Source of the DNA: Eledone cirrhosa
Taxonomy: Eukaryota
Direction of reading: 5' to 3'
NCBI GenBank assembly: GCA_964016885.1
Contig: OZ024747.1
Location: forward strand, 23,560,001 to 23,624,000
Length of the DNA stretch: 64,000 nt
Shown here: piece by piece, positions 42,151 through 53,890 of the stretch
How positions within the stretch are numbered: the stretch's first letter is position 1
How the letters are laid out: each line of letters opens with the position of its first letter
Notes under the pieces: model-generated
Told to the model about the DNA's origin: nothing
What the model saw: only the letters and a program-made list of their open reading frames with translations
Databases searched by the model: none
Translations under genes and position numbers: made by a program

Positions 42151-43368
42151 TCCACTCAAGTCAGTATGTTCTCATCAACTCTCTCTCTCTCAGCCTCTCC
42201 TGTTGACCTATAATACATATTACACTGGTGTGTATTTACTAGCAATAGCTATTTGCTATAGTTCTCTTCATGGACAGAAAATGGGGTTTCTTGTTGTCTA
42301 ATGAACAACTAATAAGCAGTGAAAGATGTAAAAGACAACCCCACTGTTGTTCTGTGTATGACGAGAATAATAATGTATTTACATTTGTTTATGTTTTTAC
42401 GGTGAGGTTTCATCATTCATCATCATCATTTCATTTTACGTCCACTTTTCCCTGCTTGGGATCTGATTCTGGCTTGATTTCTACAGCTGGATGCCCTTCC
42501 TAACACCAACCTCATTTACAGTGAGTGCTGGGTGCTTTTTTGCTGTGGCACCTCCACGACCACTTTGCAGTGGAATGATATGGACCCCAGTCCCTATCAT
42601 CTCATTTCTACAGCTGAGTAAACTGGAACAATGCGAAATAAAGTGTCTTGCTCAAGGAAACAACACATCACACGGCCTGAGAATTGAACTCACAACCTTT
42701 CGATTGCAAGGCCAATGCTCTAACCACTAAGCCATATAATTTAAAATGTAGACATTCCTTCTTACATTAAATTTGTTTCAGATCTTCTACCACATGTTGT
42801 TTTATGCATAAATACTTATATAATTAATCACATAATCAACGAATGTATTACATGCAAATTAGTCAGGCCATTTTAGCTTAATCCTTTGTTGTGTTTGATT
42901 TTCTAATATACTCTCTTATATTTTTTAATATATCAAACTATTTATCTGTCACAGTTGTATCTGTGACAACTGCATCCATATCTCATCTCTCACATTTATG
43001 TAATTTGATTTGTAAAACTTTTCCCTTCCTCCTCCTTCCCATCATCATCATCATTTAACATCCATCTTCCCTGCTAGCAAATGTTGACCAGGTCATCACT
43101 GACCTTTCAGATAGGCTGCAATCCTACATCACACTTCACAACATAACATTTATTCCACTGTTCGTATTACTTGTTAACCATGCAGGACAGAACTAGTTTC
43201 TTTGAATTCTGTTGTTTTACTTTAAAATATATAATATTAGCCCTCTCAGTACCAGCCCTCCAGAGAGCATCCATGATTACATCATAAAATCTATTACTAT
43301 TACCTTAAATTGTTTACATCACTATTTTACATCTACTTTCCATGCTTGCATGGGTTAAATGGATTTAG

Positions 43369-43532
43369 CTGTCATGGGCAAACTGCAACCCGTGAAGTGT
43401 ATGTAGCTCATTTGGCTTTCTGAATGGCACGCCTAATTTCAAAATTGCCTTGAATGTTTTAGTAATGTGGCCCACCTTATGATGAGTCACATTCTCTATG
43501 GCCGACTGCTTGCAAAATGTTGCCTATGCCTG
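43369..43532. mobile_element. hAT-Charlie-type MITE nested in an RTE-tail SINE
   Basis: Ends ctgtcatgggcaa ... ttgcctatgcctg. SINE sequence resumes on both sides. Confidence 0.6.
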
Positions 43533-44045
43533 GGCTAGGCAGACATGCCAAATGATTGCATCTTGCTCATACATTCCATTTTTGTCATGGGTTATATTGC
43601 AGATGCCTTTCCTAATGCCCACCACTTCATGACATCAACCAGGAGCATTTTATTGTAGCACTCACTATCACCTGACATTTATCTAAAAACCTCCCACCAC
43701 AATTTTATGTCATAACTTTTATTAAGCTAAAATATTTCATCTATCAGATATCCACTATGTAATATGTTTCACTGCAATCACAGATAAAATTAGCATTTAT
43801 CTATCATATGGATAACATATCACTTTCTTTAAGATATTTTAAGTAAAGCTGACATAAGAACAGTATTGATGTCATGCTATAACTCTGTTTCATAATGTGT
43901 GTGTTAAATAGTGCATGTCAAATGTTATAGAATGTCAACAGGTTTGTGCTAAGCAATCCTAGTATTTGACAAACAAAATTATTATTACTAAAGATTTCTT
44001 AGATGAAAATAACTTTAGTTGTAATAAAAGTTTTATATATATATA

Positions 44046-44400
44046 TATAGTATAAAAAAACGAAAAAATCAGTGATGCATCTGGACTCAATTTATTGCGT
44101 GTTTTGCTGGCAGGTAGCTCGAGACATGGTCCCTGTATGGATCTGGCTGATTTGAATTTGCTCCGAACGAACTACCCGTGTCTGAAGGAACCTGCAGCTG
44201 TAGAATCAGCCAGACCCATACAGTGACCATGTCTCGAGCTACCTGCCAGTGAAACAATTGTAACACGCAATAAATTGAGTCCAGATGCAACACTGATTTT
44301 TCGTTTTTTTATACTATACACACTCTACTCTGTTGAATATTGAGTGCTAATTTTGGCATACCACCTATGGAAGCACCATAGCTACCATTATACACAAGTG
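44046..44400 (+). mobile_element. Fold-back element in (TA)n with a near-complete hammerhead motif
   Basis: Arms 44046-44152 and 44204-44318. cgtgt-CTGAAGGA-(~60 nt stem II)-GAAA-CAATTG-TA-acacg at 44177-44267. ~82-nt tail. Confidence 0.8.
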
Positions 44401-44409
44401 TATATATAT

Positions 44410-44945
44410 ATATACACTTGGATGTCTCTGAGGATGTCTCTGTGTGTGTGTTTGAATCACATAAAAAATTCAACTTTTATCCCCTATTAGGTAAAAAATT
44501 GCGTTTTTTCAGGTTTTTAGGGGTGTTTTGAGGCGTTACGTCAGACTAATTTCCTTGAAATTGTAACTATGTATTAGTCAGTCTCTTCTTCATACTGTGA
44601 GCAAAGAAATCCAACTATTTTATGGCCTAGGGTCCGCATTAGGTGAAAAACTTCATTTTTTCAGCTTTTTATTGATTTTTTGAGGCGTTACGTCTAGCCG
44701 ATTTTCTCGACATATTATGCACATAAACAAAATTCATTTCCTTGATCCTCTAGGGCCCGCATTAGGTGAAAACCTGTATTTTTCCTGTTTCATCAAGGAA
44801 AATCTTAAAGATTATCCAACCATCAAAGTATTCGATTTATTTTCTTTACATATTGTCCAGGCATGCAGTTTTTCTACGATTAGGTCTGTTGGCAGCCCAC
44901 GTTCTAAAATACCTTATCCCGTGCAACGCCGGGTACTACTGCTAG
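44410..44945 (+). mobile_element. Non-autonomous Helitron-like element
   Basis: 3' hairpin cccg-tgcaacgc-cggg followed by CTAG|T. Internal repeats attaggt.aaaa and gaggcgttacgtc. The 5' boundary is approximate. Confidence 0.6.
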
Positions 44946-45326
44946 TATTATATAAAGGGTAGAGACCCCCCCCCCCCCTTCAGTCGAGAATGACCATGGG
45001 ATTTGCACCTTGAAAGTTCTCCTCCAAGCACAAGTCCAGGCAAGGTTGTTTTGTGGAAGACCAACAGTCACCCATGCACACCAGTCTTTCCTCTTCACGC
45101 CACTGATGTTTTCCAAGGGAAAGGCAATGGCTGATACAGCTTGGCACCAGTGACGTCGCTATTCATATCTACAGTTGAGTAAACTGGAGTAACATGAAAT
45201 AAAGTGTCTTGCTCAAGGATGCAACACATCACCTGGTCTGAGAATCAAACTCACATTCTCATGATTGTAAGCCCAACATTCTAACCACTAAGCCATATGC
45301 CTTCATTATATATATATATATATATA

Positions 45327-45450
45327 TAATTGTTTCTACTTTAGGCACAAGGCCAGCAATTACCCAATGCATTACTGGTACTTTATTTTATCGACCCCGT
45401 AAGGATGAAAGGCAAAGTCAACCTCGGCGGGATTTGAACTCAGATCGTAA
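45327..45450 (-). mobile_element. MetaSINE-like SINE, 5'-truncated short subtype
   Basis: Near-identical to 15815-15937. Confidence 0.85.
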
Positions 45451-45505
45451 TATAATAAGAGAGGGGGTGCAGGCATGGCTGTATGGTTAAGGTGTTTGCT
45501 TTGCA

Positions 45506-45975
45506 TTGTTGTTGTTGTTATTATTATTATTTCGCTTTTGCATCATGGTTTTCACCTAAGAGATTTAAACAAACTGACCATCAAATCTGGCAATCGCAGA
45601 TAGCCAGTACCTTTCACAGGATATGGGCTGAGCCTAGAAAAGCTGATTTTTGCAGGCAGGAAATGTTAGTTTGTATTCCAAATTCTTCTAATTTCTTCTC
45701 TAATTTCTTTGGTATCGATCCAGTGTACAACAGGAATCACCTTTGCTGACACGTTCAACAACCTAAATGTTTCTATTCTCAACTCTAAATAGTTCCTTAT
45801 CTTTTCCCATTTCTTCTCTTCAATTCTCTGATCCCCAGGGATTGTGACATCAATTATCCAGCATTTTCTATCCTTTTTTTTCAATCACGACAATGTCAGG
45901 TCCCCGGTGTTCAATAACTCCGTCTGTTTGTACAATCAAATCCCACATTATCTTTGCCTTGTGCATCATCACTCT
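45506..45975 (-). mobile_element. Decayed R4/Dong-like RLE fragment with (TAA)n tail
   Basis: Minus strand WD..VQTD.VIEHRGPDIVV, CWIIDVTIPGD..IEEK..EKI..Y.EL..E, VIPVV. Confidence 0.75.
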
Positions 45976-45977
45976 TT

Positions 45978-46165
45978 CGGAGGTGAAGCATTCATTTTGC
46001 TTTTTCTAATGGCTAGAATATATGCAACTCTCCACACCTGCATACTCATAGGTTTCTCCGCTAACTGGAGAATGTGCCAACCCATTGTCGAATTAATAGT
46101 CGATCATCTGTGAAGCCACCAGTGTTCATGACGCTGGTCATCTAATTAAACTGATGATCATCGCT
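45978..46165. repeat. Unclassified dispersed repeat; inverted second copy at 60070-60265
   Basis: ggtgaagcattcattttgcttt...ttgtcgaattaatag...ggtcatctaattaaactgatgatca matches the reverse complement of 60075-60262. Confidence 0.75.
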
Positions 46166-47064
46166 TCAGCTACTGCTTACTATGTTCTGCTAGACATTAT
46201 TATTATATAAGGATATAAGAAATTATATAGTTATATATTTGATCACACTTCTTGTGTTTCGTTGTATGTTTGGTGAAATTTGACTGTGTGAGTGTGTGTG
46301 TGTGTGTATATATAAACAAGCAGATACATTCACAGAAACACACACACACACATAATGATACGTTTGGTGACTTGGTTTAATTTTGTAATTGGTTTCTTGT
46401 TTTCCTCTTTGGTGGTTTCTTAGCTAATTAACTGGAAACTCGGTAAAGCAATCTACAACATAAAAATATAGAAAGTACTGAAGCTACTGATTTTATTACT
46501 ATAATCTTAAGTTGGGCAAATAAGTGAGAGATTTGTCAAAATCATGTGACAAATTGATAATTGAGTCAACAAGAGAAGGTAGTAGCTGAAGCAGGAGTGT
46601 GTGTGAGAGAGAGAGAGAGAACTATATTATCAAGAAAGGATCGTGTTAAACCTGCTCTACTCAGAAAGTAATGTTATAGTATACTTGTATCATTAGTGAT
46701 TCAAGTCACATGTGACTTATCGACCAAGACATGTTTTGTACACCTACCACAAACATTCTCCTGTAGGTTACCAAATTTTTTTACACCTACTACGAATATT
46801 CTCCTATAGACAGCCAACTTTTTTCGCTTGAGATTGTTCAATGAATTTAATATGTTTACCTATTGTTTATATTATTCTCTTAACTCAACAAATAAATTTT
46901 CACTTAAGTTTAATTTGAGAACTTGAAAATTTTAAATACATTAATGAGATAAAAAAAAATTGTTTGAATACCAGACGATAGTACTTAAATCAACAAATAC
47001 ATACACATTCAATAATAATATTAATAATATTAATAATAATAGGAGTGGTAAAGGAGTGGTAAAA

Positions 47065-49287
47065 ATGGATTTTAGCTATGATCAATCAGTACTTTCATCT
47101 GAAGAAGATATTAAAGCAAAATTACAAAAAGAAGAAACGGAACCAAAATCATATGAAATAGAAGATGGAACTGTCACTGGTACTGTTTCAGATGAAACAA
47201 CAATCTTAAGTTCTGAACAGTTTGGATATAAATCTGAATCACAAACTAACATGGAACAAAATAGTCCCAGGGAAAGATTCTTGCCAGATTTGATACAAGA
47301 GGACAACCAAATGTCTCTGACACTTCTGAAGCAAATTGTTCCAAATGAAGAATTAGGGTTGGATTTTAAACCTGAAGAAGATAAATCAATATATCAGACA
47401 TTCTCTGAAGAAACTATTCCAAATGAAGGGTTCGGATTGGATTTTAAACAGCAAGAAAATAAACTAATATCTGAGACATTTTCTGAAGAAACTTCTCTAA
47501 AAGAAGAACTGGGATTGGATTTTAAACATGAAGATGAACCAGTTTATCAAACATTTTCTGAAGAAGCCATCCCCAAGGAAAGATTAGGGCTGGATTTCAA
47601 TCATCAAGAAAATAAATTAATATCTCAGACATTTTCTGAAGAAACTACTCCAAATGAAGGGCTTGGATCGAATTTTAAGCAGCAAGAAGATAAACCAGTG
47701 TATCAGACATTCTCTGAAGAAACCCTTTCAAATAAAGGGCTGGGACTGGATATTAAACGCGATGATGAAACAGTTTATCAGACATTCTCTGAAGAAACCA
47801 TCCCCAAAGAAGGATTGGATTTTAAACAGCAAGAAGATAAATTACCATCTCAGGCTTTCTCTGAAGAAACGCTTCCAACTGAAGAATTAGGACTGGGTTT
47901 TAAACCCAAAGAAGATGAAACAGTGTATCAGACATTCTCTGAAGAAACCCTTCCAACTGAAGGATTAGGGATGGATTTTAAACATGGTGATGGAACAGTG
48001 TATCAGACATTCTCTGAAGAAACCATCCCCCCAAAAGAGCTAGAGTTAGATTTTAATCAGCAAGAAGATAAACCAACACATCAGACATTCTCTGAAGAAA
48101 CCCATCCAAATGAAGGATTGGATTTTAAGCAGCAAGAAGATAAATTATCTCAGTCATTCTCTAAAGAAACGCTTCCAAATGAAGAATTGGGACTGGGTTT
48201 TAAACCTGAAGAAGATAAAACAGTATATCAGACATTCTCAGAAGAAACTCTTCCAAATGAAGGATTAGATTTTAAGCAGCAAGAAGATAAATTATCATCT
48301 CAGTCATACTCTGAAGAAACGCTTCCAACTGAAGAATTAGGACTGGATTTTAATCAGCAAGAAAATAAATTAATATCTCAGACATTTTCTGAAGAAACCC
48401 TTCCAAATGAAGAAAAGGGATTGGATTTTAAACCTGATGATGAACCAGTTCAACAGACATTTTCTGAAGGAACCATTCCAAATGAAGGATTAGGACTGAA
48501 TTTTAAACAGCAAGAAGATAAATTGATACCTGAGATAGCTCTTGAACAAACAGTACCGAATGAAGGATCAGTGCAAGAAGATAAACCAGTAACTCAAGCT
48601 TTTCTTGAAGCTACTCTGCCGAATGAAGGAGCAATACTGGATATAAAACAGGTAGAAGAGAAACCACTCTCTGAAGCAGTCACTGTAGAGGTTCCTTCTT
48701 ATGAAGAAGGAATTAATGAAATGAAAAATGTGGAAAGTTCAAATAACCCTGGAATAGCATCAGATCAAATATCTCTAGATGATGCGAGGGAACAGTCAGA
48801 GTTACAACCAGCACAAAATAACTCACCTCAAAGCACAGAAGAGTTACAAAAGCAGACTAAATTCTCTGCTACATCAGGTAACATGTCATTTGATAATGAT
48901 AGAGAGCAATCACAGCTACAACCACCAGCACAAGATAACTTACCTCAAAGCACAGAAAAATTCCAAAGCCAAACTATACCCTCCACCACATCAGAGCAAG
49001 CAAGTACTAGGGAATATATTTATGACAAAGACGTTACTTATAGTGAATGTGTTATGGATTCCACACAAACTATGCAACATAATTCTGATGATGAGGATGA
49101 ATCACTAGAAAAGGAAATTGAAAATTTAACTGGACAACCAATTAGAATTTTAAACAAACCAAAAGACACCCATCGATACACTCCTGTTGATGAATCTTCT
49201 TATTCTTCAAATTCTGGGGAAGAGGAATATTCAACAAAACATAATTACCAAAACGAGAGCCCTTCAGATCAAAAGGAAATTGTACAG
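47065..49287 (+). CDS. Coding exon B (741 codons): acidic protein with ~17 tandem 23-25-aa repeats (QTFSEETLPNEGLGLDFKQQEDK)
   Basis: 2.2-kb uninterrupted frame. Repeat-length changes preserve frame. First ATG at 47065. Ends CAG|gtaaga, phase 0. Confidence 0.88.
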
Positions 49288-50958
49288 GTAAGAATTTACA
49301 TAGCATAATTAATATGTATCATCGTTCCTATAGTGAGATTAGTGAGAGGACAAGCTTTTCTAATGATCTTAGTTAAAGTAGTGATGAGGGTTGATCATCA
49401 TCATTATCACCATTTGTCTATTTTCCATGCTTGCATGGATTAGACAGGCTGTCACGAACGAAGGCTTGACTGGTCAGGTGACTACATCCTGCTCGCACAT
49501 TCTTTTTGGGGTTTGGTTTTTTTCAGCTGGATGTCCTTCCTAATGGCAACCACTTGACAGTGTGTACACAGTGCATTTTATCATGACTTCGGCACAGCCA
49601 CCTTACAGAGTGGACTGGGTGCTTTTCATTGTGGTACCAGCAGTACCACCTTGCAGGGTGGACAGGGTATTTGTTATCGTAGCACCAGCACTACCACTTT
49701 ACAGGGTGGTCTAGGGGCTTTGTATCATGGCACTGGTACTGCTACCTTACTGGGTGCTTTTTATTGTGGCACCAACACTACCACTATACATACACACACA
49801 GTACCACCACCATTGACAGAGAGAAATAATTTCTAATGAGAATAAAAGAATTTTAGAACATTGATCCTCCCCACCTATAAATTCTCAAATAAAATGTTAG
49901 AATGCTTTTGACAGATCATAGGGTTTGTATGAGAAACAGACAAAAAGATTATACAGTTATTATAATATAGATTGGTTAACAAATAAAAAATACTTCCAAC
50001 TCAAAGAATTATCATTCTCACCTCCACACTAAAAAATGGTAAATATGTATTTATAGTTTTAGTTAATATTTCAAATTTAGAATAACTACACTACAATGTC
50101 AAGCCAGAGTTTTTACATAGAGAAAAGCTTATAAAAATGTGGTATTGCTCAGTCTTTTAAAATCTTCTCACAGCACAACAAATTTTCTGGCATGCGTATA
50201 TTTGGTTTAGAATAGGTATACATCCCTGTATGTTGTAAGAAGAAACAAAAAGGCTAAGTATCACTAGAAAGGCATCTAGTTGTAAAACATTGGCTTGAAA
50301 AGTCCCATCCAACCCATGCCAGTATGGAAAAATCAACATAAAAATGATAATGATGATGATTATAATGATGTAAGAGTGCTTATTTGGAGGGTGTATTTAT
50401 GACAGAACTACTACATATAAACATTTTAGACCACATCAAAGAAAGAAACAATTAAACTGATTAACTAACATAATGTCACTAACATACTACACATCTTCTT
50501 TGCTATTCTCTACAGTAATGCTTTCTCCGTCTGTCCACTGAGAGCAGAAGGAAGCTTGTGCCTGGGGTTCTGCATGCCAGAGAGTGTTCTCACACTCTAT
50601 CCGGGCTTCTATCGTTGGTGTGATGATGGTATAGGTTACTGATATCTACAACATCTATCGACACACACACATATACACAAACACCAGCCATACTTGTATG
50701 TGATAGTGACTTGCAACAACCAACATATATCGTTTACATATTACAACTACTTAGACACTGATATACTTGAATCCTGTCATATGTATATCTCTTCTACCAT
50801 GACTACTACTCCCTTAACCCTTTCAATATCAGACCTATCTGAATCCACCTCTGGTTCTATGATAAAAACAAACCCTTTTAAAGTGTTTATATCTGAATAT
50901 ACCTTCCATCATAATTTTATGTAAGAGTTTTGTTGTCATTTTCTTAAAACCAACTTAA

Positions 50959-51180
50959 CCCTTTACATTACTCTATATATATATATATACTATTCTATTT
51001 TTGTGATAAATGCTTTATCTTACATAATTATCTCACATAATATCGAATCTATGAGATATTGATGTTATTTATTTTGCGAAAAATACCTTAACATCAGTAT
51101 GAGAAGCCATTTATGGCTGGTTTGAACAGTAAGAGTTGAGAGAATTCTGGTCGAATATGGCCAGTTTAAATGCTGAAGGG
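50959..51180 (-). mobile_element. piggyBac-type MITE (24929 family, inverted)
   Basis: TTAA|cccttta ... tgctgaaggg|TTAA. Internal sequence is the reverse complement of the 31835 copy. Confidence 0.8.
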
Positions 51181-51437
51181 TTAATAAAATAGTTATTGTA
51201 TTAAATCTGGGGGTTGTGAGGAGGGGGAACTTGTGGTGGTGCAGGTAGGAGTAGTAGAAGTCCTGGGGTCAGAAATTTATGAAGAGGAACAGTCAGTTAT
51301 TTCAAGCCTAGTACCTGAGAGATGTAAGGCAATGTTTACTTTGGTGGGATTCGAACTCAGAGCATAAAGATCTGGAAGAAATACCAGCAGTCATTTCATT
51401 CAATGTTCTAATGATTCAGTGATGATAATATATCATA

Positions 51438-51478
<41 letters not shown>

Positions 51479-51481
<3 letters not shown>

Positions 51482-51848
51482 AAAGTTTTATTTAAAATTG
51501 TTGGGTTACAACGAGTAAATATTTTATAACTGATATAAAAGCACTCAACAGGTTTTGGAGTAGGTTTACGATATTAAACAAATGGAAACTATATTTATAA
51601 AACCATATTTATTTCATTATATATATTTCAGGGATATCATATTAAAAATATGGTATGCCTTCCTCAGACAAAATACATTTTAAATGGAAGTTGCATTATT
51701 TTAAGGTATGTCAAATTTATTTATAAAACGGCTTATATATTGTATTTTGTCTGAGGAAGGCATACCATATTTTTAATATGATATCCCTGAAATATATATA
51801 ATGAAATAAATATAGTTTTATAAATATAGTTTCCATTTGTTTAATATC

Positions 51849-51851
<3 letters not shown>
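51479..51851 (-). mobile_element. Fold-back element in (TA)n with a complete hammerhead motif in each arm
   Basis: Arms 51567-51677 and 51741-51851 (1 mismatch). tattttgt-CTGAGGA-AGG...CCT-GAAA-TATATA-TA-atgaaata on + (51743-51808) and on - (51610-51675). ~88-nt tail. Confidence 0.85.
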
Positions 51852-51887
<36 letters not shown>

Positions 51888-52145
51888 CGACATAATAACA
51901 ATTTATTGAAGTAGCTTCATCACACACACACATTCAGAGGTGCACACATGCACACACACACACACACTGATCCTGATATCGGTGCAGACACATAAATATG
52001 CACACATACAGAGGTACAGACACACACACACCCAGAAGAGGTGCATACACACAGAAGTACATACAGCAAACATACATACAGAAGTGGTGCATGCATACAC
52101 ATAGATCATAGATCCACACATACAAACACACTCACAAACACAGAG

Positions 52146-52215
<70 letters not shown>

Positions 52216-52479
52216 TGTTAGGTAAAAATGTGGAGCGTACTTTAAATGAAAAGATATAAAAACTTGAGAAATAGTTAGAATGTGTGTTATGTACCTGTCT
52301 GTTGTTATGTACCTGTGCATTATGTACCTGTCTGTCTGTTGAAACTATAGCAGTGTATGCAGGTGACCATATAACACATGACCTCAAACAAGTGATAAGA
52401 ATACTTTAATCTGAAATTATAAGTAAGCTTTATAAATACTACCCTCCACAGTGAGATAGTGACATATATACACACACGC

Positions 52480-52575
<96 letters not shown>

Positions 52576-52639
52576 GGAGTGTAACGTGCAATTACTGTAG
52601 GTTCACCCGAGTGAGCACTTGATGCGTAGTTTCCCCAGC

Positions 52640-52781
52640 TGAGGTCCGACGAGCTTTTGATTCCAGAGTTGGGCTAGATGGAATCAGATGGAACCTTGAG
52701 TTGATCAATAGCGAAACGAGTGTCAATATTCAATAAATGTAATGATGACATAACAAATCGTCCTTTTATTATTATCTTTAT
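52640..52781 (+). mobile_element. Hammerhead-like motif-bearing repeat, copy 2
   Basis: tgaggt-CCGACGA-GCT.TTGAT...ATCAA.AGC-GAAA-CGAGTG-TC. Homologous to 12639-12768. Runs into (TTA)n/(TA)n. Confidence 0.6.
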
Positions 52782-52823
52782 TATTGTTATTATTATTATT
52801 AATATTATTATATATATATATAT

Positions 52824-52964
<141 letters not shown>

Positions 52965-52965
52965 A

Positions 52966-53174
52966 TGTGGCCGTGTAGGCAACACGGTAAAAACCTCCCA
53001 GACCCACACTGTAAATGTGGTTGGTGTTAGGAAGGGCATCCAACTGTAGAAAACCTGCCAGACAGTCCTATGCGAGCAAGACAATCACTCTTGCCTCAAG
53101 TGGGACTACCCCCGTCCAAACCCATGCAAGCGTGGAACACGGACGTTAAACGTTGATGATGATGATGATGATGA
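52966..53174 (+). mobile_element. RTE-tail SINE, well-preserved 3' part
   Basis: ggttggtgttaggaagggcatcca...cccatgcaagcgtggaa..ggacgttaaa, then (GAT)n. Confidence 0.75.
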
Positions 53175-53639
53175 TATATATAGCATATTGGTGTGTAATG
53201 TTTAGTTACTGATAGTTCACCAGTTTGAGCACTCAAGACAAGATAGATAGATGGATGGATAGTGACATCCACATATATATATAGTCCCACACTCTACCAA
53301 GTGCATTTTATTATGGCACCAGCACTGAAGGTTGTCATGTCCTTGACACAACTAAAGAGTCCACCCAGCCCTTTATTTTGTAAGCTTTCTATGGCTGGAT
53401 GTCCTTCCTATCCCCAAGCACTTTACAGGGTTTACTGGGTACATTTATCATGTCGATCACCAACACTAGGGAGAATATCATGTCCTTGTCACAACTGAAG
53501 TGTCCTTCTCATAACCCTTCATTTGGCAAACTTTCTACAATGTTTTCACCTCTTTAGTACCATTGCAAAAAACTTGTGACGGGAAAGCAGCTGTTGTCCA
53601 AGTAGTTTTAGTGTTGATGAGTTTATTAATTGAGATGGG

Positions 53640-53890
53640 CATGTGGTTAGAGTGTCTCAGGAAAGAATCGCTGGACAAATTTTACAGACAAAACCAACCA
53701 GCAGGAGACCCAGGAGTAGACCCCAAGTGTGACCAACCACGCTCATGGACAACATCCATGAGCGTGGTTGGTCACACTTGGGGATCCAGCCAGCTCAGTT
53801 GGAAACGGTTGCCTCTGACAGGACCCACAGGAAGGTTTAAGGACTCTGCCGCCATGACCCTCTCAGGAAAAAGTGGGTAAAGAAGAAGAG
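53640..53890 (+). mobile_element. RTE-like LINE 3' fragment containing a perfect 29-bp hairpin
   Basis: Translates VVRVSQERIAGQILQTKPTSRRPRSRP. (GAA)n-like tail. Hairpin arms 53721-53749 and 53755-53783. Confidence 0.6.
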
